Shown piece after piece: positions 25,434 through 38,600 of a stretch of 64,000 nucleotides of DNA. The notes below the pieces were generated by a model. That model saw only the letters and a list, made by a program, of their open reading frames with translations. It searched no databases and was not told where the DNA came from. The stretch comes from Nymphaea colorata (lineage: Eukaryota). Made by a program: the position numbers and the translations under genes. Location: assembly GCF_008831285.2 (NCBI RefSeq), contig NC_045138.2:19468001-19532000 (forward strand), written 5' to 3'. Position 1 is the first letter of the stretch. Every line of letters starts with the position of its first letter.

Positions 25434-27195
25434 CAAGAAAGAGAAAGAAAAAAGAAAAAAAAACACCGAACACTCTCAAGAACTCGTTACAGATCCTCAC
25501 TCCCCCAGTTCCTGTTTTTCCTTTGCTTTTGGTGAATACTTCAACCCCACCAACGTCGTCTTTTACACCAAGCATGCAATTCTTTCTCCTCAACTGAAGT
25601 CACGAGCCATCAGGAGAACACCACTTGTATAACTCACTAAAGGACTCTGAGACAGTGCGTTTGCGTTTCGTATCTAGTAGGAAATAATGATGGTGGCAAT
25701 GGATATGCGTCATATATTCACAAGACCGCGAGGAATCAAAAGCCTCCGCTGATCTTCGTTCAATATCAGTACCGACGTCAAAAGTAGTAGAAGATAAATG
25801 ACTTGTAAAGGAAAGAAGAAGGAAAAGGAATAGAGAGAGATTGTCTTCCGTAGAACAATTTTCTACGGCAAATTTTGAATGTTTCAACCTTCTTCATTTG
25901 CAGATCTGACTTTAAAATTGAAGTTTTGCTTTTCCTAATGAGCTTTTTGGGATTCTTCATGGGAAAATTGCATTTTTTGGATAAAAGAAATTAATGAATC
26001 TTGATATTAATGTTTTATATCTCTGGTCATCGCGGAGGAGAGACATCGAGTCCTATAATTAGGAATCGCGTCGGGAGATCCAACTAGCATTTGGGTCGAG
26101 ATTCTGGTCACTGCCAATTATATGAATTGCTATTTGGATTAAGACCTAGGATTCAAATTATTATATTTGTATAATTCATAAAATAAATTGATTAAGTAAA
26201 TATAAAGATCATGTAAACTGATTATAAGGAGTTAAATGAGTTTGAATGATAGTTCATAAAATGTCACATACAAAATTACCATTTAGAAAAGTGAATAATA
26301 CGTATTTTTGAACTTTGAAAAATTAATTTACATGTCACCCGATGTAAGTTCTTAGATAATTTACAAGTGTTTTATACATAACAGCTTAAAGTATGTGATT
26401 TGTTTATTAACTTAGTTGGTGGTTCATAAAATATACAAAATTCATTTTTAAAAAACTGAATTATACTTTTGTCGTCTGTATTTTTAGAAAAAAAATATAA
26501 ATGACAACAATGAAGCATCAACAAAGTTGTTCAAAAGCTCACAATCAGTTTACATAGGTTAAAATTTGCTAAGGTCGTGTTTTCTTAATAAGTAGACTAG
26601 ATAAATATCAAACTATGTAATTCCTAACTTGTGCAATAGTTTATAAAATATTATGCGCAACTTTCTTTTTCTATAAACAAATTATAGCTGGTGCTTTCAC
26701 TTTCAAATGTAATTTTACATGTGAAACATTAGAAATCGCACATCATTCAAATTTGATGGAAATTCACAGGTCACAATTAATCTATATACTCCATATTTCT
26801 ACTATTTTTTTAAACTTTTTTACCACCCACAAGAAAAGATCTCTCAACTCGGAAGGCATGCATGCTTAAGACTAAGATGCTTAAGTTGGTTTTGAAATCA
26901 AATTGTGCTCTGAGGGATTCAAAAAAACTGGGCCGGATCACATCAATTTAGTTTCATTTGTTAATGAAGCAATTAAAAATTGAATGTATATATACATATA
27001 TAAGAAAATTAAACAATGATTTTACCTTTTTAGAGTCACCCAGCTATCTAATAAAGACCATATGATCCATTATGATGAACAATTAAAAGAAAAATAAAAA
27101 GAAAAAGTTGATGAACATTTTAATCATTAGTATTAGTATCAGTTTTAACCTTTTTCTCCTTGTTTTTCTCCCAATCATCCATCAACATTAAATGG

Positions 27196-27232
<37 letters not shown>

Positions 27233-30200
27233 GTTGATTCTAGCTTTTTAAAATTACCTAGTCATGTAATCAAGTGTTTGATTCAACATTACGGACAATT
27301 AAGAAAAAGACAAAGAGTAAAATGTAATAAGTATTTTCACCATCTATTATTAAATCACACATTTTTTTCTCACTATTTTTCTCTCAACCATCATCTACTT
27401 CAGATCAACGGTCCTGGTCTATGGCTGGAATACATATGCATAAATGTGTGTGTGTATATATATATATATATATAAATTTCCACTTTCCACACATTTGGTG
27501 AAGAAAGCATGACTTTCTCGAGTAGCGTATGGATGACCGCCAAAAAACAAAGTATTTTGTGAAATTCAAGTTTTGAGAAAAAATAATTTTTCTGGCTAAC
27601 TTGTTTAAGTGAAGAATCAAAACTCCCAATTTTATTTGAAGAACCCAGGAGGAGAAAGGTTTTCGAAACAAGGCCCTTCGACTTCGATTGGAAGGAAGCC
27701 GTCGTTTGGGCTGCAAGAATACTGTTTTCCCATGGAAAACTAAACCAGTACTGGCAAAGGACCCTTTTTCCTATTCAGTTGTCAATTTCCATGGAAATGC
27801 TCGGAAAATGACAGACCTGACATGAACAGAATCTGTGTGCTAAAACCCTCGAAACGAGCATGCCCTATTACAATTCCATGAAGATATTTCGGAGGTGGTT
27901 GATATCAGTATTGCAATCTACAAGAAACTTATTCTTATTATGATTATTATATGATATAATAATAAGATACGTACCCAGCAGGCGATACTGGTGCAACTTG
28001 ATGTTGTACTCGTCATATTCAAGTACAAAAGTTCGAATTAGGAACCATACGTCACCATGCAAATTTCACAGACATGGTGTCAACAATGGCCCAACAACCA
28101 TCCATCAAATGCATGGTTATGTCATGTTGATGTCAGACTCTTTGTTTCATTTCATATTACTTTCTCCTTTATTTTTATACTCCAATTTTTAGGATAATTT
28201 TTTAATTTTTTAAAAGTTTACTATATTTTCACTTTTTTCCTCAAGCTGGTCATCATATAGCGGAGAAAAACCTTGCCATTTAAAATGGAAATATGATATT
28301 TATGACTATGGTTGAAACAAGATCCCAAACACAACTTGACTGTGCTAGACAAATGTTATTCACATTTCTTGCAAGAGCATACATGATCTTAACTTTTCAA
28401 GAACGGTGTACATTCACTTTGTTTTCTAATTCCTAAGGAGCCAATCGGCCTTAGTAACTTGTGCAAGTGTTCTATAAATCTATCTTAAATATTGGGGCAG
28501 ATTTGTAAACCGTTTGCTCAATTGATCATGAAACTGCTCCAAATGAAACACACAGACATTATTCCTCATGCCAAATGGCACCTACATATTCCTATGGTTT
28601 CTCCTCATAATGACTATTTAGGAAAATGGAAGACTATACAGACAAGCAAAAGCAAAAGTGTAGCATTCTTTTCTTCGCTACTTCCACTAACATTAAGGAT
28701 CAATGAAATTAGGGATGTCAAGAGAACTGATTTTGATCAGAATATCCAATGAAAAAGCTTCAAAATAGTCAGATATGAAAAAAAAAAGAATGGAACATCT
28801 GATAGAGAAATCTAACTTTGTTTAGACTTAAGAAATGACTTCTGATCAGTATCCAGATTCAATTTTAACTAAATATCTGATGTGAAACGGATTTCCCTCC
28901 AAATTTGGATTTAGTTTTAAATTAATAATTTTTGTCCAATATACATACATTTTGAAAGCCAGTTTTCAATCTATGATAATGCGATTTGGCTTTATATTTA
29001 AAGTTTGGATCCAAACTTGGTTGTGGGTTTAAAATTCGGATTTTAGATTACATGCAAATTCCAAATTTGAAAATTGGATTTGGAAATGATATATAGGCTT
29101 TTTCATTCACATCCAAATCTGGATCTGTGAACATCAAATAAATCAGATATGATAAAGGAACAGGTACATCAACTTAAAATATGGCAGGCAATTATTGGTC
29201 CAGATTCCTTAATTTGTAATTTGTCGGCGTTACTTTGCCGGATGAATAATGGCTCGAGGAAACATTTCTTTCATTTGGCAAGCTGGGTTAGACAGACTCC
29301 TATCATATTATGCCAACAGAGCACCACTAGGTATCCTTTGATCCTACATTGTCTCAAAGAGACAGGTAGCAATATTTTTTGTTTCTAACATGAACAAAAG
29401 TGAGCTCAAAGGTGAGATTTGGTTGCACTTCAGACTCTGTAAAACCCCGTGGCTAGTTTAGCTCACCTAACGATTTGGCATTAAACTATAGTCATAGCTC
29501 TATATATTGAGGAATATTTCAAAGCTGTATATATGCCCTATAGTATACATGGTCAGGCTGAAAGTTTGGTCATCAGTTTGATTTTTGTAGTTGCTGAACT
29601 ACAAACGATAACATAGCAAGTGTTACTCTCGAGTACGTTCACCTGTGCCCTGAAGTAGCCTGGGACCCTAGATCAAGCAAGGGAAGGAGAGGTTTTAGCT
29701 TTTTCAGAGTATCTTTTTCTTAAAGGAATGTATGTATTAACCAAAAGATGATCCAGACTTGGAAGTATTAACGTAGAACAGTTTGGAAGTCATTTATGAT
29801 CAAGCCGCCATTGATAAATGTTTGGTCATGTTCTTTTGTGAACATGGTCTGCAGTTCTGGTATATATTAACATTTAGTAGGTTGGACGCTGGGCCAGACC
29901 AACGACAGACTTCAAGCTGTAGATAGTGGAACAGGGCCAAGTCACAGTACATCTTTTAATGAGCCCTGGTCTCTGGTCTGACTCGATAAGAGTCCATAAG
30001 TACAAAGAGAAGTGGCCCATGGCCTCATAGTAAGCATGTTGTGCTGGGACCAGGACCAGGACCAGGACCAGTTGTGTTGGTTAGATGAGTTCATATTCAG
30101 CATTTTTCAATTATATAAGCGCGGCTGAACCAACCCACTGTCAACTCCCTTCTGGATCAATCCGAGTTCCTATCTTCAGTGGCAGAACTAGGTGTGAGCA

Positions 30201-33015
30201 TGTGGGGCAGCTGCCCACTCGGATCCACTTGTTTTTGAAAGTTGAGGGAGGGCCTACCCAAGAAAGGTCATGTTTGTTTGGGATCCATTGTGAAAGCTTA
30301 TGGAAAGAAAATAGCTAGAAATGTCCTAAATGATCTGTGGTGTTTGAGTCAAATTTAACCATAGCGATCAACTGCATATATTGATGAAAAAACAATCTTT
30401 AATCATTAAGGGGTTGTTTGATAGCTGAAACATTATGTAAGTATTTTATGAATCTGCTCAAAAGCAGATTCATTGACTTCTAAAATTAAAGGCAAATTCA
30501 TGGAATACCTAACAAACGATACCAAAAAGCATCATATCTCAAGAAGGAACTACCAGTTATTATAAAAATCGGGCTTCCAAACATTTCTTGAAATGCTAAC
30601 TTATAAATTAATTCTTGGTAGTTGGAATGTGCTTATTAGATTTAACAACTAGAAACCAATAAATGTGTCATCTCTCAATAAAAATTCAACAACTTCATAT
30701 CTTTTTGAGCTACTGGCCTGAAAACGACGTGCCGGAGAAACATGGAAGCAAACAAATTAAACGAAAATTTTGTCATCCGATAACATTCGGTACATAAACT
30801 AATATATTTGATGTGTATTACATTTTGAATAATTAATTTTCAAAAAAGGTCCCGTGAATACACTGCATTACCATGTGTTGTTAGCCGTTCACACGAATAC
30901 ATTTTTGAATACATGGGATGGTAGCCAAAGAATGGCATATATGCCGTCGAAACTTCAAACTCCTCTACGTGTCCAACATTCAATTCTTAATGATCTACAT
31001 GATGCATGCATCTAATTAATGCATATCTACTCATGAAATTCAAAGATAGTTGAACGGTCGCCAGGAATAATTAATGAGAGAGAGAGGGGGAGAGAGAGAG
31101 AGAGAGAGAGATTAGTTTTTAACTAGAAGGGGATGATTACTTTATAAATTAATCTTAGCAAATTGGGCAATGCGGCGTATAAGATGATGCAATTGCTCCT
31201 ATAAAATATTAACTTCCACAGTCTTAAAAGCGATGCTTGTAACATTCATGGTGCCCTCCACCAATCTTTGTTAAATAGTGAATTAACATGACTAGGACAT
31301 CGACTCATAGATGGCTATTTCGGGGAGTCGGTGATCTTCTCAAGATCTAGTGGGAAGAAAACTTCAGGATTTCCAAACAACTGGCGCATGTAAGCAGTAA
31401 ATTCCTACTTGCTAAAGCCAACATCACGTGATAAGATCTGCCAAATTGATATGGCATCACGAGTTTGATTCCACATGCATCATAATTCGCAATTTGAAGC
31501 AGAAGACGGCGGCTTACTGTTCTTATAAAAAGGAGAAAAAGTCTGTTCAATTACCGCATCGTCTCTGCGGGAGGGAGGATAGTAGAACTTTTTTCTACCA
31601 ATTGGGTTTGATGACTTGATCTGCCATTGTACGAGCAGTGATAATCCCTACGTAAGAATCAGGGAAGGATCCTTTTGAGCAGATCTTATTCTACTTTATT
31701 CTAACTGCTGAGAGACGAATTATTTATCTAAACATAAAAAAAAAACACAAGTCATGAAACGAAACTGCATGTTTATCTTTTCCAACTATTGTAATATGTG
31801 TGATCATAAGCCAAACTGCCCAATTAATTATTTCCAAGTTTCATGGTTTCGCTTTCACATGCACATCTACTTGTGAATTTAATGAAATTTCTATTCGAGG
31901 GTGCAATAATTCTCTTGACCTAGGTGTGATTACCTGCCTACTAAAAAAATCATGTCTAATAAAGAAAGACGGGGGGACCTAGTGAGTGTGACAATCTAAA
32001 CCTGAATTGCTCATACACGATTTAGTTCAGATCCAGCTGAATCTCCAACAAGTGAAACCATACAATTATAATATAATCAATGTAATACAATGACAATACA
32101 ACGAATTTGATTTATTTTTCACATTTTTGGACTTAAACTAGACATAGAGGGGCAGCCAAGCAATTTTCTTTCGTTGCGTTTTTGTATGACAACTAAATTT
32201 AAAGCACCTTTTTCGAAATTTTTTTGTGAAATAATCTTCTTTTTTTTCTTTTACATTAAAAAGGTCAAAATTTAAGAATAATTTCAGGTTGAGAATTTAT
32301 CTAATATAGGCTTTCGTAAGCCATATAAATGTTTCTGATAAAGGCAGGAGATCAACCGAGCACCGACAGGTCGGGAAAATGATTTGGCTTCCTTTGTTCT
32401 GTATATGCATCGACAAATAAACTAAGAGAATGTTCATAGGCAGTGCTATCTTCCTTGTAGCTTCTGTCATATCCTTTTGTTTTGCTTTGTGCGTGCTTCT
32501 TTTTTTTTCCCCTTCTTTCTTTCTTCAATCATATCATGGGTGAAATCTTGACTTAGTTACTTCGAGAATATTGGGGATCTTGAAGGCATAAACAAACAAA
32601 TATGCTATACATGCCAAAAACATAAAAATCGATTGTGCTTAATGTTGACTAATTCGCGAAAGCATACTATGTCCATCACAAATGTGGAAAAAGACTCAGT
32701 GGGCCCTTTAGAGCTTGCAAGGGTTTGGCACTAAATCTTTTAGGATGACATAGAGGAGACCATACAATAGAGTTTTTCCTAAGTCATGTGCCTGAGGGAC
32801 CATAACTCTATTTATAGACTTAAGAGGTCCAAAAGATGGTTTTGTCTATCATATACCAGATATAAATCCTCTTTGGTTTTATACACAATGATCTATACTA
32901 AATGAGATGATACAAATCCCTACTTATTAGATCACCTTAAATTGGTTTTATTTATCTATATAACCTGTAATGTACGATAATCAACATATGTATAGGCTCA
33001 CTATATAGATTTCTT

Positions 33016-33072
<57 letters not shown>

Positions 33073-33703
33073 CTTAACATAAAAGCCTTCATCGGCACTT
33101 GTTTTAAAAGGGCTGCCGTTATCTGCAAAACAGAAGCAGGGAAGATAATGTTCAGAAATATATTGCCATGATCCATAAGGGCGGGGCCGGAGAGGATCAG
33201 GGGGCTGAAATTTCGAAAAAGTGAAGGGAGATTCTTGCTACACAGTTAGGGAGGGACAAGCAATTCTGATAGGGCGAACAGTTAATTTTGTTTTTCATAT
33301 AAAACTTCTTTTTCCTTTTCTTGGAACAGAAATTTGAAGTTATTATATGTCAATGCAGCCATCAAGAATCATGTGCAGCGTGTTTAGGTTTCTCTGATAC
33401 ATGCATGGCTGACAAGAAGGATCAAACAGGCATAAAAAATTAATCTTCGGTGGCTAATGTCCAATAAGTCGAAGAATTGGGTTGAGGAATCAAAGTTTCG
33501 AATCCGTTTCTTGACCCATATATGGATCGTCCCAATCCGTCTAACGGTCCACGTAAAATTATCATGTGCCCAACCTAAATCCGGTTCCATGCATAATCCA
33601 ATACTTTTTAATGCTTTGAAAAATTCTATGTTGCACATCGTCAAATATCAAACAATTACCCAGTGATCCGGGTCACAGGAATGTACAACAAGTTCGAGTT
33701 CGG

Positions 33704-33862
33704 CTCAAGTCACATACTGCTCAGTTCAAACTCGACTCGAGGTTAATGGGCTCACTCAAGTCACATACTGCTCAGTTCAAACTCGACTCGAGGTTAATGG
33801 GCTCACTCAAGTCACATACTGCTCAGTTCAAACTCGACTCGAGGTCAACCCATTAACCTCGA
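33704..33862 (+). repeat. ~2.8 tandem copies of a 51-bp unit inside a hAT-like MITE (~33676-34099)
   Basis: CTCAAGTCACATACTGCTCAGTTCAAACTCGACTCGAGGTTAATGGGCTCA starts at 33704, 33755 and 33806, followed by the inverted piece CCCATTAACCTCGA. Confidence 0.9.
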
Positions 33863-35602
33863 CCCATTTATAAACTTTTTTTTCCTTAAATGGCAATGAA
33901 AGCCATGAAAAGAGTGTTAAAATTAAGAGCATGCCCCCAAAGATTAACAAACAGAAAAGACATGAGCTAGCGGAGTTTAAGTCATATAACTCAAATTTGA
34001 CTTGTTTATAACTCAAGTTTTATGTCAATCTCTCCAGTTGAACTTCACTAGAAAATTTGACTGAGTACAAGTTGGCTCAACTCATTATACATCCCCACTG
34101 CGTGACTCTGCTGTCAACGTTTTTTCTAAGCAATGTTAGACTAGATCACGATCCAATCCGTACACCGATCAAGTCGTACTATTGTTTCTGCCTTTCTAAC
34201 ACTCGACTCGGTAAAGAAGGCATGACGAAGAAGGAGAAAGCTGACGTGATTGTGCTAGAAGACACAGAGAAACTAGGGGAATGAGAATGTGGAACAGAAG
34301 GGATGACACTTTTCTGATACCATGGTTCAATTTTATAAAGAACCCAGTATCCTCTGCTTTATGCCCATGATTGCACCTTTTGGCTAGTGGGGATATGTGT
34401 GTGGAAAGCCCTAACCAGAGTTGGCCCGCCGGATAAAAGAAAGCTTGCTAAATATGGGCGCTCGTTGTTTCAACAACAATTGGCAAAGGTTAGTTGAATC
34501 CAGAAACAGATCCAGATAATCATCTCTTCCAAATTTGGATCCCCAACTTGAGAAAATGTGGTAGATCTTCAACAGAATTTTGATATAAAATCAATTCCTG
34601 CAAATTCAACCTGGAAATTCAGGTCACTTCTGAGTTCTGACCCAACAGCTTTCCGGTTCTGTTTCTGAATCTGAAATGAACCTCATAGTGAAGTGCAGGC
34701 CTAATTATGATGCAAGTATTCTATAGTGGAGTACCTGATCTAGCGTACACCGGATATGTATTCTTTTGGGGTACTTAACACCGGATATGTATTTATATAG
34801 TTGAGTAACCAAGATATTACGGATACAAAAAGCGAATGCATAAATAATGGAAAAAAGATTCCACTCATGGATCTTCATTCATGGAATTTTCTTGAAAAAA
34901 GGGAAAATCAAACAGCGACAATGGAATTAATTTTTAATGAACGCAGAATGTATACAACGAAATGACAGATAACAAAGGACGCTAACTGCGCTTCAATGCC
35001 AAAAAATGCCGTTGTGCACAATAAAGAAACTGTGTTATGTCCAGAAAATGAGACAAAAATAAATATGAGAACCACAGAAACATGATAGGTGTTAAAAAAC
35101 ATGGGTAGCGTTAGTGCTTCTACGGGTAATTGACATCAAAATATCTCCACAACCAAAATTCCCAAATTGGCAAAGCCTAGTCCAATAGAACAAGAACAAT
35201 GAATTCTCTAGATATGAGTCAACTGTATTATGTTAGATGCTCCTGTCAAACTCAGTTCACAGTCTCGACCTAATCGCATGATTGCATCAGTCTACAAACT
35301 GGTGGAATATCATGAAACTTGGCTAATTTTGTTTAGAATCATGGGAAAAAATAATATAGATGGCTCTATAAGGAATTAATAATACATCAAGGTCTTATTA
35401 TACATTAACTTGTGCACATGGGCATCCTTAGTTTTACTAGATGGAGCCGTATAGGCTGCAACATTTTATAGGATGATCCTACACAGTCCTATATACTTAA
35501 AGGGGTATATCCAGATAATTGTGATTGCAGAGAGGGAAGGATCTGGGCACGCCGATTGCGGAGAGGACATAAAATGGGAACAACTAAGAAGATAATGTGA
35601 TG

Positions 35603-38600
35603 CTATCTGCATCCTTTCATCAGGTAGGAGGTTGGACTAGAGAACTTCAAGAGAGAACTGCCATGTTGTGCTCCAGCCTCTCTAACAACATTTGCACCAT
35701 GACCAGGTGATCCGCAGCCACTGAAGTCCAGAACTCGCCGTTCTGATAGGAAAGGCTGTATGACAAGCAACACAAAAAATCAAAGTTCGTTGGTCATAAA
35801 GTAAACATCTTTAGCTATCTAAAGGAATTCAACTCAACAAAACCCTAGGTCAAGATGCAACAGGTACTAAGACCAATAGGGAAATCGGAAACGAGTAAGC
35901 AAACATGATTAACACATTATGGAGGTTTGAAGAAGAAAATCATCAACTCCAGCGACTCATAGCTAACTAGAAGGAGTTCAATCAAATTGACACAAGATAA
36001 TGCATATAGGCAGAAACGCTAACTACAACAATTGTGTAACACTACCTAAAAGAAACTCATGCTATGCATGGAAGGAATATAATTGTGAATCTTCTACAAG
36101 GATGGCAGTTTTAGTATATTTAACCAATCATACCGTGGCACTAGATGGCAAAGGAATAAGGTTTTCCAGTTCATTGTCAGAAAATGGAATGTTCTCCTTG
36201 GAACAATTATGACCATCGGAACGTTTCAGGTTCACTAGAGAAGCTGTTTCTGGTTGTTCACCCGCCAGAACCTCCTCAGCTTCCTCTAATGCAGCTGCAG
36301 TCTGCTCACTCATCTGTTGCATTAGTCCAAGTGCATCATATGTTCTGTCTCCTGGACTCAAGAAGTACTCCATCTCCTGTATTGGGTGCACAAAAAAGGA
36401 TCAACCATTAAGTTAAAAGGCCAATCACTGACCTACTATTAGAAATCCATGCATTTGCTTTTGCATTTTCTGAGCCCTGAGAAAATTTGTTATTGATGAA
36501 AAATGTACAAAGAGGATGAATACTTCTAGCCTGCAAATTAAGGGAGTAGGAGAAAACAAAGGTAAACGAAAATGCTTATTTGTGAGAGAGAGAGAGAGAG
36601 AGCTTGAAAGATTCCTTCATCTAAATATATTTCTTGATACTACAAGGTGATTGAAAAAGCTCCCAATGAAAAGATGAATTTTGTCATGGCAGATTATTAA
36701 TAGGATTAGCATAAGCAATGCCCAGACTATTGAATAGTCAATTCATCCCATAATAATAAGCACTTTCAGAATTTAAAGCATGAAACATTTGTGCCAGAAT
36801 GCATATATAGCTAAAGTACCTCCAGCGTTATGTCTGTTTCAAGCCTTTGGCCTAAGAATGTTGAACTTATAAACCAAGGAGACTTCCAAGCCGAAGGAGA
36901 ATCAAGCCCTTTCTTACAACCAGGAGTGCTATCAAAACTGCCAAAAGAAAAGCACAATCTTAATAAAAATATGCATGTAGATGACCTACTCAGCTTTACT
37001 AAACAATAAACAAACATGTGAAGCCAACAGCACATTCAACCAAGAAGCAAAAGAGAATTTGAAAAACCCATTACACTGGAGAACACCGAAGTGATCATGA
37101 TAACCAAGACTGAGCACAATTCACGTGTACAAACCAACAGGCAGTACAGACTAATTGAAATGCCCAACTGATGAAAGCTGTCACCAAAGCCAATCAAAAT
37201 TGCAGTTGCATCTGACATGGCATCAGTACAAGCACAAAGACTGCATAGGAGACAGCTTACTGCCATACGAATATCTTAACGGAGAACCAAAAAGCAAGCA
37301 CAAAGACTGCACTGGAAATAGTCTCATGGTATCTCAGGCAACATTTCTCAAGGTATGATATTGCTTTTCAACATCCCCAGAGGTAAAGGTTAAAATGAAC
37401 ACCACCAAGGTTACAGAGCAACGCCATAACCTCATGCTATACTTCGATGCAAATTCTAGGACAAGTGGCACCCCAGAATACAATTCAAATGAGTTCCATT
37501 ACATCAATAACATGAGACTTTCAGTGGCATAGTCAGCTCTTTTTTATGACACAAAGAAGTGTCAGCAAATGTGCATGTATATGTGTATGTATCAGACAGT
37601 CAACCCTGTGTATCAGATCCTTCATCAAATATGGATATATTTACTTTCCTGTGCCCATAGATGTTCGGCAAAGGTCAACATTAATATCCAACCAATGTTC
37701 AAAACAAGTAACGTAACCATCACAGAAGAGATGGTCATCAAAAGAAGCAGGAAGTGTACAATTCAAATGAGTTCCATTACATCAATAACATGAGACTTTC
37801 AGTGACATAGTCAGCTTTTTTTTATGACATAAATAAGTTTCAGCAAATGCGCATGTATATGTGTATGTATCAGACAGTCAACCCTGTGTATCAGATCCTT
37901 TATCAAATATGGATATATTTACTTTCCTGTGCCCATAGATATTCGACAAACGTCAACAATAATATCCAACCAATGTTCAGAACAAGTAACGTAACCATCA
38001 CAGAAGAGATGGTCATCAAAAGAAGCAGGAAGTGCTGAACGAGTAGCAAAATCACTCACATGCTCAAGCTTGCAATGTCAGCATTGTTATATGTGCTGCT
38101 CTTCTCAGTTTGTTTTGAGTTCGATGAGGTAATGCAGTACCGTGAAGCTGAACGTTGTACTGAAAGCTGGCCCACCTTCCTTTCACCAGTGCTTGGTGAC
38201 AGAAGGTACTTAGATCCTGAAGTTCCATGTGGACACTCAAATTGTCCATCAGAACCATCTGCCAGCTTTTCTCTCCTCCCACAAAACTGTGCTTTTGGTG
38301 TTTTAGAAGCAGAATAGAAAGACTTCGTAAGAAGATATCCACCCCCAGTGGGAGATAACAACTGCAAGTCATTCAGGTTATGTTCTAGAAGAACTCCAGA
38401 AGGCTGCATTTAAAGCAAATAGCCCCATCAACAATCAAAAGGAACACTTCAAAAAAGAAAAAATAGTGTGTCCAAGAAAAAAGAAGTTGGCAACTTTTCT
38501 TCAACTATTGGTAAATAAAATAAATCAGACGGTTCTTATATTTTCAAAAATTTTATGGGATTTAGTAAGAATGCCCAACAAGCCATTCAATAATAAACAG

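Noticed and set aside
31298..31351. Helitron 3' end (hairpin followed by CTAG-T)
   Set aside because: The hairpin is long and imperfect, and there is no 5' end or second copy to support it.
32442..32570. TAS3-like locus (AGTGCTATCTTCCTTGTAGCTT resembles a miR390 site; TCTTGAC downstream)
   Set aside because: The site needs a bulge plus several mismatches, there is no true tasiARF (TTCTTGACCTTGTAAG), and there is no second miR390 site.
34313..34495. LTR with tRNA-Met PBS (CA-TGGTATCAGA on the minus strand)
   Set aside because: Only a 10-nt PBS match, with no second LTR, TSD or gag/pol remnants.
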